Assembly: GCF_009914755.1 (NCBI RefSeq)
Contig: NC_060937.1
DNA from: the human T2T-CHM13v2.0 reference genome, Homo sapiens
DNA length: 64,000 nucleotides
Direction: 5' to 3' (one strand)
Shown: piece after piece, positions 1 through 11,530 of the stretch
Layout: each line of letters begins with the position of its first letter
Numbering within the stretch: the stretch's first letter is position 1
The notes under the pieces: generated by a model
What the model was told of the DNA's origin: nothing
The model's database searches: none
The model's input: the letters and a program-made list of their open reading frames with translations, nothing else
Position numbers and translations under genes: made by a program

Positions 1-45
1 AAGCAGGATTCATCTTACTGAGAGAAGACTGCCATTGTGTAGCCC

Positions 46-132
46 CTAGGAGAGAAGGAAAAAAAAAAAAAGAGGAAAGAAAGAAAGAAAAAAGAAAAAA
101 AAAGAAAAAAAAACACCACCACACACACTCAC
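46..132 (-). other. Candidate 87-nt intron (GTGAGT donor, long pyrimidine tract, CCTAG acceptor)
   Basis: Minus strand reads TGT|GTGAGT at 132-127, then a ~60-nt T/C tract (113-51) and TCCTAG|GGG with the AG at 47-46. Confidence 0.45.
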
Positions 133-137
133 ACACC
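51..137. repeat. A/G-rich low-complexity tract followed by a (CA)-rich tract
   Basis: Visible directly in the sequence. Confidence 0.9.
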
Positions 138-2629
138 AATACCACCTCCGAGATTGAGTCTGACAGCCGAAGACAGAGCCTCCCTTCTCCCAGTGTCGAT
201 TTTTTTTTATAATCAATCGCCAGTGCTCAGTGGGATCGGTTTGAACCTGCAGTTCTCAATCACCACGAAGAAAAGATGCAAATTTAGGTGCCCCCTCCCC
301 TTGTCAGTCTTGTAGTAGGTAGAGAGCGCCACAAATCCCCTTCCTCCTTCCTCTCACTCTTCCAGTTTCCAACAACCGTGAGCATGAGGAAAATCTCCCC
401 TCCGGATTCCTCGCCCAGCCTCGGATGTGAGTTACAGGCATTAGAGGGAGGAGGAGGAGGAGTTGAAGTTTGCATTGAAAAGACTGGCTTTCCATGACGT
501 AGCCACGTGCTTTCAGACCCGTCACCAGTGAGATGCTTCAACCAGCCCAGGGAGGGCAGTGTCACTGCAGTCTCTCTGCTAGGGCCCCTCCTGAAGTCTC
601 CCCACCCGCCAGCTCCAGCCCCAGCCCCAAACCCAGACCCAACGCGCGACCCTCTCCCTCCTCCGCCAAGCGCCAGTCAGCCTGCTGTTTGCTCTTGGAG
701 CCAATCTGACAGCCTTCTATTAAAAGTGAATTTTGAAAAGTAAAAATTAAAAATTATAATGAGTAAACCTTAGAAAATGCATGTTGGGAGGTTGGAGGTG
801 GGGGGGAAATAAAGAGAAAAATGGGTTTAATGCTTCTCCACCCAGCCAAAATCAGTTCCACCTTCACATTTTCAAAAGCAGCATATAATGCACCTAAAAC
901 ATTAAGGAAAACTCAAGTTCCTTTAATTCTTATTATTGGACTCCTACTTGAGGGGCTGTTTGAAAAATGTAAACTAGATATATAACAGATATTACCAGAA
1001 ACCGCCTCTTAAAAGGACAACCACTAAAATCTAGGTGGCAAACTGTACTTTTGTGGGGAGGGTCATGTATACATGAGAAAATGTATGCCTTTTATAGACA
1101 ACACGTTACCTTTAAATAATTGTGCAGAAAGTCCCTGCTTAAATCACGCCCTAATTCTTTGCATGTTTCTGCACTCATTAATTGAGCTAACATTAAATTC
1201 ACCCTCATTTACTTCTCATCTGCACATCTCACCTACACTAATCCAACCTAACAAAACAGGCAAGTTTTCTATTTTCACCAACATATAACCCAGCTTCCTA
1301 CTTGCCCAGAAAAATCAAAGGATTTCAGACCAAGCTGTTATTTTATTTTATTCTACTTGGAGGAAAATACAATGTGCAAAGTGATACAAACAATTACAAA
1401 AAATAATATAACAAACTCCAGAGTACCCGCTACTCAAAAGTAACTTAGCATTTCATCATATTTTTGAGATAAGGATTTTAAAGAAGTAAAACTGACCACT
1501 CCCATTCTCTGTAGGTAAATGAATTAAACTTATGCCAGCTTATTTCTATTTTTATAGGTAAACTGACATAAAAATTTTAACTCTAATTTAAATATATATA
1601 TTTAGAAGTTTCTTCATAATTTCAAAAAAATTAAAACTACTGCCTCTACTGCATGGTATATAAACTTAGATGTCGATTTATATAGTTGAGGATTGATGGA
1701 AAAGACTGATTTGATTTTAAAAGTTGATTTAAAGAAAATCGACTAACTCCTTGATTATCAGTTGTCAAAAAACAAAAAATGGAATAAACATCTTTACCAC
1801 TTTTAGAGTTTTCTATTAGTTAGGATGCTAAAATTAGCATTGATATCCTGACCTTCTGGGAAACATCAGTCAATTCTAGGTAAGATAGAAGAATTTAAAA
1901 CCAGTAAATCCCATAAAGGTTAAGACATTGGAAAGCTATATCATGATGGCCTTGATGTGTCAAAAGGATCATGTCATACAGCTTTTAAAAATTACTACAA
2001 TTTAAATATGGTCTAAAAAGGTTTGTGAGGTAAAGAAATAGAGAATACTAAAAGTACCTGAATGTAATGCCAGTGACTTACTAAGAAGAAACAGACTGAA
2101 AAAAAAAAAAATGAAGAGTGGAATTCTTTTTGAAAGAGGAAAAATGGAATAGCATGGCCAAATAATTAGAAAATAATTTTTATATCAATCAGAGACAGAT
2201 ACCATATGCTGCTTCTATAACATGTTGGTGTCTCCTAGGGGGTTCCAGAATATCCCAATATATTATCACTGGGCAAATGCCAGAGAAATAGCTGAAATAT
2301 AAATAGGCCTTCCAAACTCACAGGCTCTGATGTTATGTTAAAACTTTCTGAGTTCCCTGGAGTATTTCACAAATAGAGTAAAATTTGGGGAAATATTCTA
2401 TAATTATTGGATCTTCTTAAATGCTAGTTTGTTATAAAGACAGTCTGTCTCAAATCAGCTCTTCTTGAATATGAGAATTTGACTTTCTTCTCTGCATTCT
2501 GACAGTGAATTTGTTCCCTACTGAAATAAGGAATAACTGCCAGAAAACTGTCATTTCTTTTGCTACATGTTGGTGAAAAACTTCTTTGACTTGTGACCTA
2601 AGGAACAATATAAAAGACAATTAACTGTG

Positions 2630-2700
2630 ACTACTATTTATTGAGAATCTATTATGCCAAGCAATGTGTTAGTTGCTTCTCATATTTTATACTATTTAGA
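2630..2700 (-). mobile_element. MIR/L2-type 3' fragment
   Basis: tatttattgagaatctattatgccaagcaatgtgtt resembles the antisense MIR/L2 tail. Confidence 0.45.
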
Positions 2701-2917
2701 GGAATGAGAAACTTTCTTATGATGTATAACATTTTGCTCTTTCTGCACTTCTTTCCTATATTTATTGATATATTATTTACTTAGGTTACATAGGCTACTA
2801 TTCACATCATTAAACCCCGCAAAAAGCAATTGTTTTTGTCTGGAAAAGATGACTAACCAATTAAGGTTACTTTTGGTCTAAAGGACCCTCAATTTTTGAT
2901 GTTTTCTGAGTAGCCCA

Positions 2918-3000
2918 ATTCAGTCATTCAACCAATATTTATTAAGCATCCGCTCAGTGAAAATAACTGTACAAGACTCCACGTTGGATACTAAATGATG
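2918..3000 (-). mobile_element. L2 3' end fragment
   Basis: ttcagtcattcaaccaatatttattaagcatc is the typical antisense L2 terminus. Confidence 0.55.
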
Positions 3001-3599
3001 AACTTGAACCAGATTTCCAGTTATACAAGAAAGACTAAGTATGGTCCAAGAATTAACTCAGGTTCTGGGGCCTCCAGATCATGGATGATTCAAATATACA
3101 TATGATGCTGACCTGAATTCCAGACAATTATTTAAGGTTTGTTTTGGAAGATATCAAAATGTTTGCTTACTCTTTGCCATGCTACATTCCAATCAATATT
3201 AGATGACAAAAATGAAAAACTATGGGGAAAAATGCAAGTTTTGAAATGCATGTAAGTAGAAATAAGATTTAAAAATCTGAGACTGTAAGAATTGATAGTA
3301 AAATTTGTAGTATATAGGAGAGAAAATCTGTAAGACTGTTTTCATAAGGCTAACGTAAAATAAACCCAGTACTCATAAACAAGTTCATTTAAAAATTAAA
3401 CCTACCTTCAGCATATTATAGTAAACAATTCTAAAAGTAACTGTAATGACCAGAATTTCATGACACAATCACATTTGCATTTTATTTTAATGTAAGATAT
3501 GTGAACTTTCATGATATTAATCAGCAAAAATCTGTAAAACTATTGCAGCATGCTTTTACTATTTGCTTCCAATTATTGCTCTTCTATTGCACTCTTCCT

Positions 3600-4390
3600 T
3601 TTAGTATTGAACCCCACCCGCTCTACAGTTTTGGAAGGGCACATGGGTACTCAGATGGAGAATACAATTTTCAGCCCCATCATAGTTAAGTGTGGTCACG
3701 TGACTAGATTCTGATCAATGAGATGTGAGCAGCAGTGACATGTTCAACTTCCTGGTCATATTCTTCAAAGGAAGCTCCTTGCCTTCCACGTCTCTCTTCC
3801 ATCCTTCCTGTGAGCTGGAAAGAAAATGGTGTGAGTAGCTTTGACTACTCATGTGGACAGGAACACACACCAAGAGTGGTGTAGTATCAAGATTCAAGAA
3901 AGCTAGCACCTTGGACAGAGCCACCAACCTACCCTGCCCACCAGGCTCTGCACTGTTGACAAAGAAAGAAACTTTTATCTTGTTTGAGGTTGTCTTAGTT
4001 CATTCTCACTGCCATAACAAAACACCATAAACTGGGTAACTTATTAACAATAGATATTTATTTCTTACAGTTCTGGAGGCAGGAGGTCTAAGATCAAGGT
4101 GCCAGCACTGTCTGGTGTGGGCTTGCTTCCTATATACAGTGACTTCTACCTGTGTCCTCACCTCACATGGTGGCAGGGGACAACAAGTTCCCCCTGGGTA
4201 TCTTTTATAAGGACACAAATTCCATTCATGAGCAATCCACCTTCCTGATTTAACTACCTCCAAAAGGACCCACCTCTCAATACTATCACATTGGGCATTC
4301 AATTTTAACATCTGGATTTGGAGGAACATAACCATCCATAGCAGACCACGTGTTTTGTGTGAATTTGTTACAGCAGCTTATTCTCTCTAC
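3600..4390 (+). mobile_element. MLT1J-like MaLR LTR, split by an MLT1A-type insertion
   Basis: ggtcacgtgactagattctgatcaatgagatgtgagcag and ttatcttgttt...tttgttacagcagc on either side of the nested element. Confidence 0.6.
3991..4343 (-). mobile_element. MLT1A-family MaLR solo LTR
   Basis: TG...CA ends; tgccataacaaaacaccataaactggg and cagttctggaggc...aagatcaaggtgccagca match antisense MLT1A. Confidence 0.8.
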
Positions 4391-5249
4391 TACCTTATGG
4401 GCTGGGCTTGTGTTAATAACAACGCACTTATATTTGGGTTAGTTATTTATTTTAAAAGAATAAAGAACTTAAGTACATAACATATACCTATGGCTTTACC
4501 CACAGTCTGCCACTCTCATTTCCATTCACTACAGCAGCTGCTTATCTCTTAGTTGCCTCTTGCAAGCCACCCTTGCTTATTTCCAGCACGAGTGCAAACA
4601 TCCCACTGTCAGATTTTACTTTCCCTGCCTCCTTCTCTGTCCTGCTCCCTGCTCATCAAATATAACCTATGGCAGTTTAGAGCCTATGGCCGTGACAAAA
4701 AAGCTTTGATCACCGAAGAAATAGAAGGGCAAAGTGATTGAAAGAGTTGGCCGTCAAGGCACTAGAGATAGAAAAAAAAGACCAATGTGTATATAAGGAC
4801 TTCAGTGTCTATATTTACCTTGTAAATCTTTTTCAAAAAGATGAAGCTTTATGTTGTTTGCACATGTATTCCTTCTCTATTTTTGTTGCTAACAATTATC
4901 TTCACCTTTTAAGGAATAATTCTAAATTTCACATCTCTATACTACTCATTAGTACCTGTTCTTCCTCTCCCCATGTTCCTACATTTACCCATGATATAAA
5001 AAACCTCTGCTCCTCTATGTTGGAGGGAACAGTCTGGGAAGGTAACTTGAGTTCATCTCTCTTCCCCTCCCAACTCCTCAATGAAGGAGAAACAACTTAA
5101 GGGGCCCAACCCCTTCTTTTCTCTCTGTCTGCAAGAAGCTTTCCTGCCTGCAAGAAGCTTTTAGACTCCTCAGCCTCAGCTCTTCCACGTGAGAAGCATT
5201 GAGTCACCTCTAATCGCCAGTATCTCTATCTCTGAGCTTGAGATTTCTT

Positions 5250-6596
5250 CTTTTTTTTCAGATTCAGGAGTGCATGTGCAGGTCTGTTACATGGGTATAT
5301 TGTGTGATGCTGGGGCTTGGGCTTCTAGTGAACCCATCACCCAGATAGTACCCATCATATCCAATAGGTAGGTCTTCAGCCCTTGGGCCCCTCCCTCTTT
5401 CTCTCCCTTCTTTTGGAGTTCCTACTGTCTGTTGTTTCCATTTTTATGTCCATGTGCACCCATTTTTTAGCTCCCACTTATTAGTGAGAATATGCAGTAT
5501 TTGGTTTTCTGTTCCTGCATTAATTCGCTTCGGATAATGGCCTCCAGCTGCATCCATATTGGTGCAAAGGACACAGCTTCATTCTTTTTTATAGCTTCAT
5601 AGTATTCCACGGTGTATATGTCTCACATTTTCTTTATCCAGTCCACTGTCGATGGACATTTATGTTGATTCCATGACTTTGCTATTATGAAGTGTGCCAT
5701 AATAAACATGAGTATAGGTGTCTTCTTGCTAAAACAATTTATTTTCCTTTGGGTATGTGCCCACTAATGGAATTGCTGGGTTGAGTGGTGGTTCTATTTT
5801 CAGTTCTTTGAGACATCTCCAGACTGTTTTCCATAGGAGTTGAACTAATTTACATTCCCATCAACAGTGTATAAGTGCTCCCTTTTTTCCACATCCTCTC
5901 CAATATTTGTTTTATTTTGTTTTTAACTTTTTTTTTTTTGAGATGCAGTCTCGTTCTGTCACCAGGCTGGAGTGCAGTGGCATGATCTCGCCTCACTGAA
6001 ACCTCCGCCTCCTGGGTACAAGTGATTCTCGTGCCTCAGCCTCCTGAGTAGCTGGGATTACAGGCACGCGCCACCACACCCATCTAATTTTTGAATTTTT
6101 AGTACAGACAGGGTTTCACCATATTGTCAAGGATGGTCTCAATCTCCTGACCTCGTGATCCACCCACGTTGGCCTCCCAAAGTGCTGGGATTACAGGCTT
6201 GAGCCACTGCACCCGGCCATTTTTTTACTTTTTAATTATAGCCATTCTGACTAGTGTGAGATGGTATCTCATTATGGTTTTAATTTGCATTACTCTGATG
6301 ATTAGTGATGTTGAGCATTTTTTCTTATATTTGTTGTCTGCTATGTCTTTTTTTGAGAAGTATCTGTTCATGTCCTTTGCTCACTTTTTAATGGGGTTAT
6401 TTGTTTTTTTTTCTTGTTGATTTAAGTTCCTTATAATTCTGGATATTAGTCCTGTGTCAGATGCACTTTGCAAATATTTTCTCCCATCCCGTAGGTTGTC
6501 TGTTTATTCTGTCGGTTGTTTCTTTTGCTGTGCAGAAGCTCTTTTGTTTAATTAAGTCCCATTTGTCAGTTTTTTGTTTTTGTTGTAATTGCTTTG
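5250..6596 (-). mobile_element. 5'-truncated old primate L1 (L1PA16/17-like) 3' end
   Basis: T-tract, then catgtgcaggtctgttacatgggtatattg...gaacccatcaccc; antisense ORF2 C-terminal sequence to 6596. Confidence 0.9.
5928..6218 (-). mobile_element. AluS (Sc-like) inserted in the L1
   Basis: Full antisense Alu dimer with poly-T, ending ...cacccggcc. Confidence 0.95.
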
Positions 6597-6638
6597 ACTG
6601 CCATACCACCCTGAATGCACCCAATCTCATCTGATCTC
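6597..6638 (+). pseudogene. 5S rRNA 5' fragment (about nt 5-46), tailless retropseudogene
   Basis: actgccataccaccctgaatgcacccaatctcatctgatctc versus 5S ACGGCCATACCACCCTGAACGCGCCCGATCTCGTCTGATCTC; the differences fall at CpG sites. Confidence 0.9.
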
Positions 6639-8099
6639 CAGGGGTTTTTATTTAAACCACAGAAGGCCCTTTATCTAGGCACTCAAAGAAAAGACTAGAG
6701 ATTAACGCTCCCTAGGAGAATTTCTCCATCACTAAATATTCCAGCTCCTTTGCCTCTTGGGAGGGATAATGATGAAGCATGTGTTTTACATCCATCCACA
6801 GTTTTCCTGTGGGATAAAGACATGGTCTCCCACTGGAGTAGTTGGCTTATCACCACACTATTGGCTTCCTCCCCTTCCCTAGATCCACTCCTGACTCACC
6901 TGCTGTATTTCCTCCCAAGTAAATTACTTGCACCAGAATCTGTCCTCTAAGGAAAATCAAGCCAAGACAAGGCTGAACAGATACAACAGGGGTTTTGGAT
7001 AAAAGTATCTGCTCTCCAAATCCAAACCCTTCCTTAGATGGCCACTGCAATTTCCAGATGTGGAGGAAGTATCTAGAGACTCAAATTCTTGTCCTCAGGC
7101 CAAGTTTCCAGCCCCCAACCAAACTTATCAGTAATATAAATAGTATTTTTATTCTCATCTTTCTAACATGTGTGGTCATTTTTCTTAATTGAATCTGAAT
7201 TCAGAAGTAGGAGGAAAAGGGAAAATTAATGATCACCTCTTAAGGCCCCCAAATACTAGAAAATAATATAAGAAAAAAACCCTCCTTTGTTCCAATTATG
7301 TTCAGAAAGTATAATAAAACAGTGAAGAACCTGCCAAGAGATACAGATAAAAGCAGGTGAATTCCCTTGAGTCCTCAGAAATATGAGCTTCTCTTGGCAA
7401 TATTCCACAGGCTTCACTTCTCACTGAAATGAACTTTATCACAGTCTACATAGATATAACGGACAATAAAACCCCAATTCCCTGTACAGCCCAGCAAGAG
7501 TTCAGAGGACCCTCTCTGCATCCTTTGAGGCACGTGAGGGGATCTTTTTACAAGTTGAATTGGCCCTGAACAATTTGCGGACATATGCAGCAAAGCTCTT
7601 TGTATCAATGCCTCTAGACCTTTATAACCCATGTCTCCTATTAATAAACCTCCTAAACCTTCATTGATATGATTTAAATTTCAATATGAAATTAAGGCCT
7701 TGACTAAAAGCAAAGCAACAGTAACTTTTATAAACTAATTCAAACTACACGCTACTTTCTTCCCACTCATCCAAATTTTTCTGATGCCTTATTCGAGGCA
7801 AGTATGCTCCCAATTGAAAATAATTGTTGCCTGTGATTTGAAGTATTCTAAGGTCAGACAATATTTTACATACATGGAATCCAGTTTCTTAATTTCTATA
7901 GCCATTGAATGGGACAACTTTGGATATATCACTTTTAAATCACAGGAGAAATTTGTCAGCTGAACTTTTTCCATTTGAGGAGAGATTTATATATGCAAAA
8001 ATTTAGAATATTATTTACCCTGGACAATAGGTTATAAAACTTGGATAACTGGAGAATTAAAATAACATTATTAAATATGTACCTAAATGGAAGAGATGC

Positions 8100-8560
8100 C
8101 TCCCTCTGAATGATGAATTTTCCGTGGTCAACTCTGCACCAACCCCATTCCAAGCTCACCTGAAGAAGCCAGAAATAAATTTCCCAGACTACCCTTTCTG
8201 TGTGTTTGCAGGATAGTTTTCTCCAATGAGAGGCCCACAAACAAGAGATTTGGGTGGCAGAAGAGAGGTCATTATTCTCTGAAGGCAGTTGTCAGGACCA
8301 GTGTGAGATTCGCAGTCAATTCTTGGCACATTCTTAAAAACCATCGCTTTGCTGCTGCAGACAAAAATCTCAGCCACTTCCCAATTAACTCTTAAGAGCA
8401 TCCACTTTCAGTACTTCAGGCTGAGATCATGGATGATAGTTTCCCTGACTTTCATTTCCCAGCTTTCCCAACAGTTCTAAGTCTCCAATTCCTCTATTAA
8501 AACACTTTGAAACCAGAAAATACCAAATAACGTATTCCTGACTGATCCCAGATGGATACA
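8100..8560 (+). mobile_element. Ancient LTR remnant (ERVL/MaLR-like)
   Basis: Ends ttcctgactgatcccagatggataca, similar to old LTR 3' termini, with ATTAAA upstream; left boundary uncertain. Confidence 0.35.
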
Positions 8561-10349
8561 CAGTGTTTTCTCTGCCTAGGTTCTAAGCCATTATAGGTAC
8601 CTGGTAGCTTACTGATAAGGAATTCGCTTTGAGTTTGCAATGGTTTACTTGATCCCTAAACATCTAGTATGACAATGAGAACTTCAATCCAATATGCACA
8701 TGTTACATGCACTATGAAACATGTAAACAGGGATTATTTCCTTCCATAAGTGCTTACTGAGCATAGGCTTCCAACAGGCCTGTTTCGGAGAGAATCAAGT
8801 TGAATCTGTAGCACTTTTCACTTTGCTCTGAAGAAAATGACTCAGTTGGATTTATTTATCATATTTCTTCAAATAAGAGATTTGTAAAATCAAATTCAAC
8901 CCTCACATAAGAAAATATACGAAAACCATTTTACTAGAACTTGAGGATAAGTGGTTAAAAAAACATGAAAATCATTGCACTTGTAATCTCACATTTCCTG
9001 TCATAAAGTTAAAATGAGTCATTCAAAAAGCTATTATTCAAAATAAATGTAAAAATTGCAATTCAGAAAAATGTGTCATATATTGTAACATTTAGGTTAC
9101 AAACTTAATGAAGAAAAATGCCAACCCAGAGAGATTTTATACTCAAAAAAATAAATGGTACAAGTCTGTTGGACCATAAGTTTCCAGAGGTCAAAAGTTA
9201 AGGTTATTGAACTTGCTTAATCCAGCATCCTAATAATCTCGGATATATACACGTTTAATTGCTCATGTCCAAAATATTTAATTTCCACAACAATTTAGAT
9301 TCAGAAGATTACATTATGTGAAAAAAAATCCTATTTCATGTCAACAGAGATCCTCTTGAGCATTTATAATATTGTAGATTTAGATGCACATAATTGAATT
9401 GTCTATGAAGGTGTGAAAAATGCTTAAATGTTGCATTTGAACATTGATTGGGTTTAATGTAGTATTGGCATCTTGACAGCAATGCACTTTTACTTTATTA
9501 CTGGTCCGAATGAGATAGATAATAGAATACACACATACATATGATGGCTCAGAACACTACTTAGCACTTAGTTTTAATTGTTTTGATAAATATTAAAATA
9601 AACAATATATAAGTAATTAGTCAAGGATATCTTGACTCACATATTAGGTTACTTTTAAGGAATTTATAATTTGCGTAACATTGGAATAAAAGTATGCAAA
9701 AATCATATTTTAACCTCAATATCAATTACTTTCCCTTAATCAATATATACATTTCTCAAACTCTGATACACATTAAGATACACATTTTTGTTTGTTGTCA
9801 TTTTACCTCTTAAAATAGGCACATACTTTTTATATAGACATTCCCATGTTCAGGAATGTATCTGTTTTAAAAGGCCATTGGTCAATTGGGTCTGATTTTA
9901 TTGCATTAAGGTAACATTTTAAAGTAAGGTTTTCAAGTATGTTCAAGCAGTGGGAGATTGGAAGTAATGATGCTCAATGCACAGGCATGTGGAATAGTGT
10001 TACAGTAAAATTAAAGTTATCAAATATACTTTAGTGATAAAACTTATACCATCTCTATCAGATTACGGTATGAACATTAGCAGCAGCAGGTGCCAAAAAA
10101 ATCAAGTAGAATTTAGGAGAAAACTTAAAATTGAATTTAAAAATATCTATCAATAATGTTTCTATTTTATTTCTTACAGTATTGGGGGAAAAAACAACTA
10201 TTTACAGCAAAACACTGCCATTTAACTCTTGAACATTGAAACTTCCAAGGCATCAGCTGACCAATGGGGCATGAATTATAACTAAAATGCAGCTTGCATC
10301 CATTAGCCCAGTCACTTCCCTGGCCGGGTGGCAAAAGCCTAGGCTAGGA

Positions 10350-10563
10350 AAGGCATCTTTTTCTAATAGGCTCATCCCAAAGGGGCTGCCATTTTCTAAC
10401 TGGTTCATCCCAATGCGGCTGGCTCCCATTTTCTAATTGGGCAGCCCAGAGGATATGCTTTTTCTGATTAGTCAACCTAGAAAGTGTACCTTTTTAAAAT
10501 TGGTCCATCCAGAAGAGATTTTTTTTCTAATTTGCATAGAGCACTGGATGCTTGGCCTCCCTG
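10350..10563. mobile_element. hAT-Tip100-like (MER91/MamTip-type) terminus with degenerate ~30-37 bp subterminal repeats
   Basis: Six copies of a TTTTCTAATTGG-like core; final TTTTTCTAATTTGCATAGAGCACTG...CCCTG resembles MER91-type ends. Confidence 0.55.
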
Positions 10564-10834
10564 GCTATGTACTCGTGGGCCAAGGAGGCCCACGAGAAGT
10601 ACCCATGAGACCCAGGAGATCCATCCTCAAAGAATTGTTCAGACACGTAAGCTAGATCAAAGAAGACAGACTCAGATTCACAAAGAATGGTGATTTTTGA
10701 ATACAGTACGAAGTTTGAAATTTATTGATTGTGGCCTATTTTCCATGGATTCGTGGCTGATTGTGGAGGGTGCAGAGAGAGGGACACCAGAGTAGTTTTA
10801 TTTTTAACACTATATTCGTAATAAATTTCAGTAA

Positions 10835-11330
10835 GAAGTCAGTTCCATTCAGAAAGGTTTACCCACTGAGAGTTTATTGAAGAGAGTATGTGTAGCAATA
10901 TGAGCAGGGTTAAGGAAACCAACAAGTGATGTTGAGGTTCACCAGACACCAGCAACAGTGGAAAATCATTACCGCTACCCTGTTCAAAGGGGAAATCGAG
11001 GACATAATATTACTGGATTGCAGGGAGAGCCAGAATAGTAGAAGAAGAGACTGACATTATGAGCTGTATGAGTCAAGGGAAAAGTCTACTTCCAAGACCA
11101 AAGTGGAGGAACAGAGGAGAGGACATAGGAAAAAAAAAAAAATACTCTGATCTTTTTTCCTTCTAGCCACTGTTCTCCAGCTACTGCCTCTCCCTGTCAA
11201 ACCCAACTGGAAAATAGAAGACAGGGGAGCCCAGGTGATGCAGTGTTTGCAGTCCAGGCTCGTGGCGCACAGAGCAGAGAAAGATGAATAACACATCTGT
11301 AGAGCTAACAGACAAGAAATGGCAATGTGG
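10835..11330 (-). mobile_element. LTR33-family ERVL LTR
   Basis: gcagggttaaggaaaccaacaag...cagcaacagtggaaaatcattacc and ggggagcccaggtgatgcag. Confidence 0.7.
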
Positions 11331-11349
11331 GATGTTACTACCACAATAT

Positions 11350-11530
11350 ATGATGATAACAATAATAATGATGATGGTGATAATAGATTTAGCAAGGGCT
11401 TAATTTGTGCTACACATTGTTCTCACCGCAACTTCATGAGATAGGTACCCTTCATCCTACAAAAATGAAGCAATTGTGGCACAGAGAAGTTAAGTAACTT
11501 GTCCAAAGTGGCACTCACCCAGTAAGTACC
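11350..11530 (-). mobile_element. MIR
   Basis: Core ggcacagagaagttaagtaacttgtccaaag...cagtaagt. Confidence 0.8.

Larger units (their letters stand above)
1..750 (-). promoter_or_regulatory. Probable promoter / 5' UTR region of an unidentified minus-strand gene continuing off the left edge
   Basis: Non-repetitive, higher GC and CpG than the rest of the window; CCAAT 701-705, TGACAG 161-166 and 707-712, CACGTG 504-509, TGACGT 495-500, ATGCAAAT 276-283; minus-strand splice signals at 132 and 46. Confidence 0.6.
5100..6969 (+). mobile_element. LTR16-like ERVL LTR, split by the L1/Alu/5S insertion
   Basis: 3' end aaattacttgcac...aagccaagaca (6969) and tggcttcctccccttccct; left piece gccagtatctctatctct resumes at aaaccacagaaggccc. 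Confidence 0.55.

Noticed and set aside
1-750. Assigning a gene symbol to the promoter block
   Set aside because: No coding exon long enough to recognise lies in the window; any name would be a guess
4738-5100. 120-aa ORF (also 12077-12439, 35836-36225, 56073-56411)
   Set aside because: No homology recognised, mostly overlapping repeats, and length within the chance range
3076-8437. Identical 14-mer AGATCATGGATGAT at 3076-3089 and 8424-8437
   Set aside because: A few chance 14-mer matches are expected in 64 kb, and the similarity does not extend
8600-10300. AT-rich unexplained stretch next to the hAT-like end, considered as a possible transposase remnant
   Set aside because: I saw no hAT motifs on inspection; it needs a BLASTX or Dfam search before any call
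10350-10540. CRISPR-like repeat-spacer appearance
   Set aside because: Eukaryotic context, degenerate repeats, related intervening sequences and no cas genes
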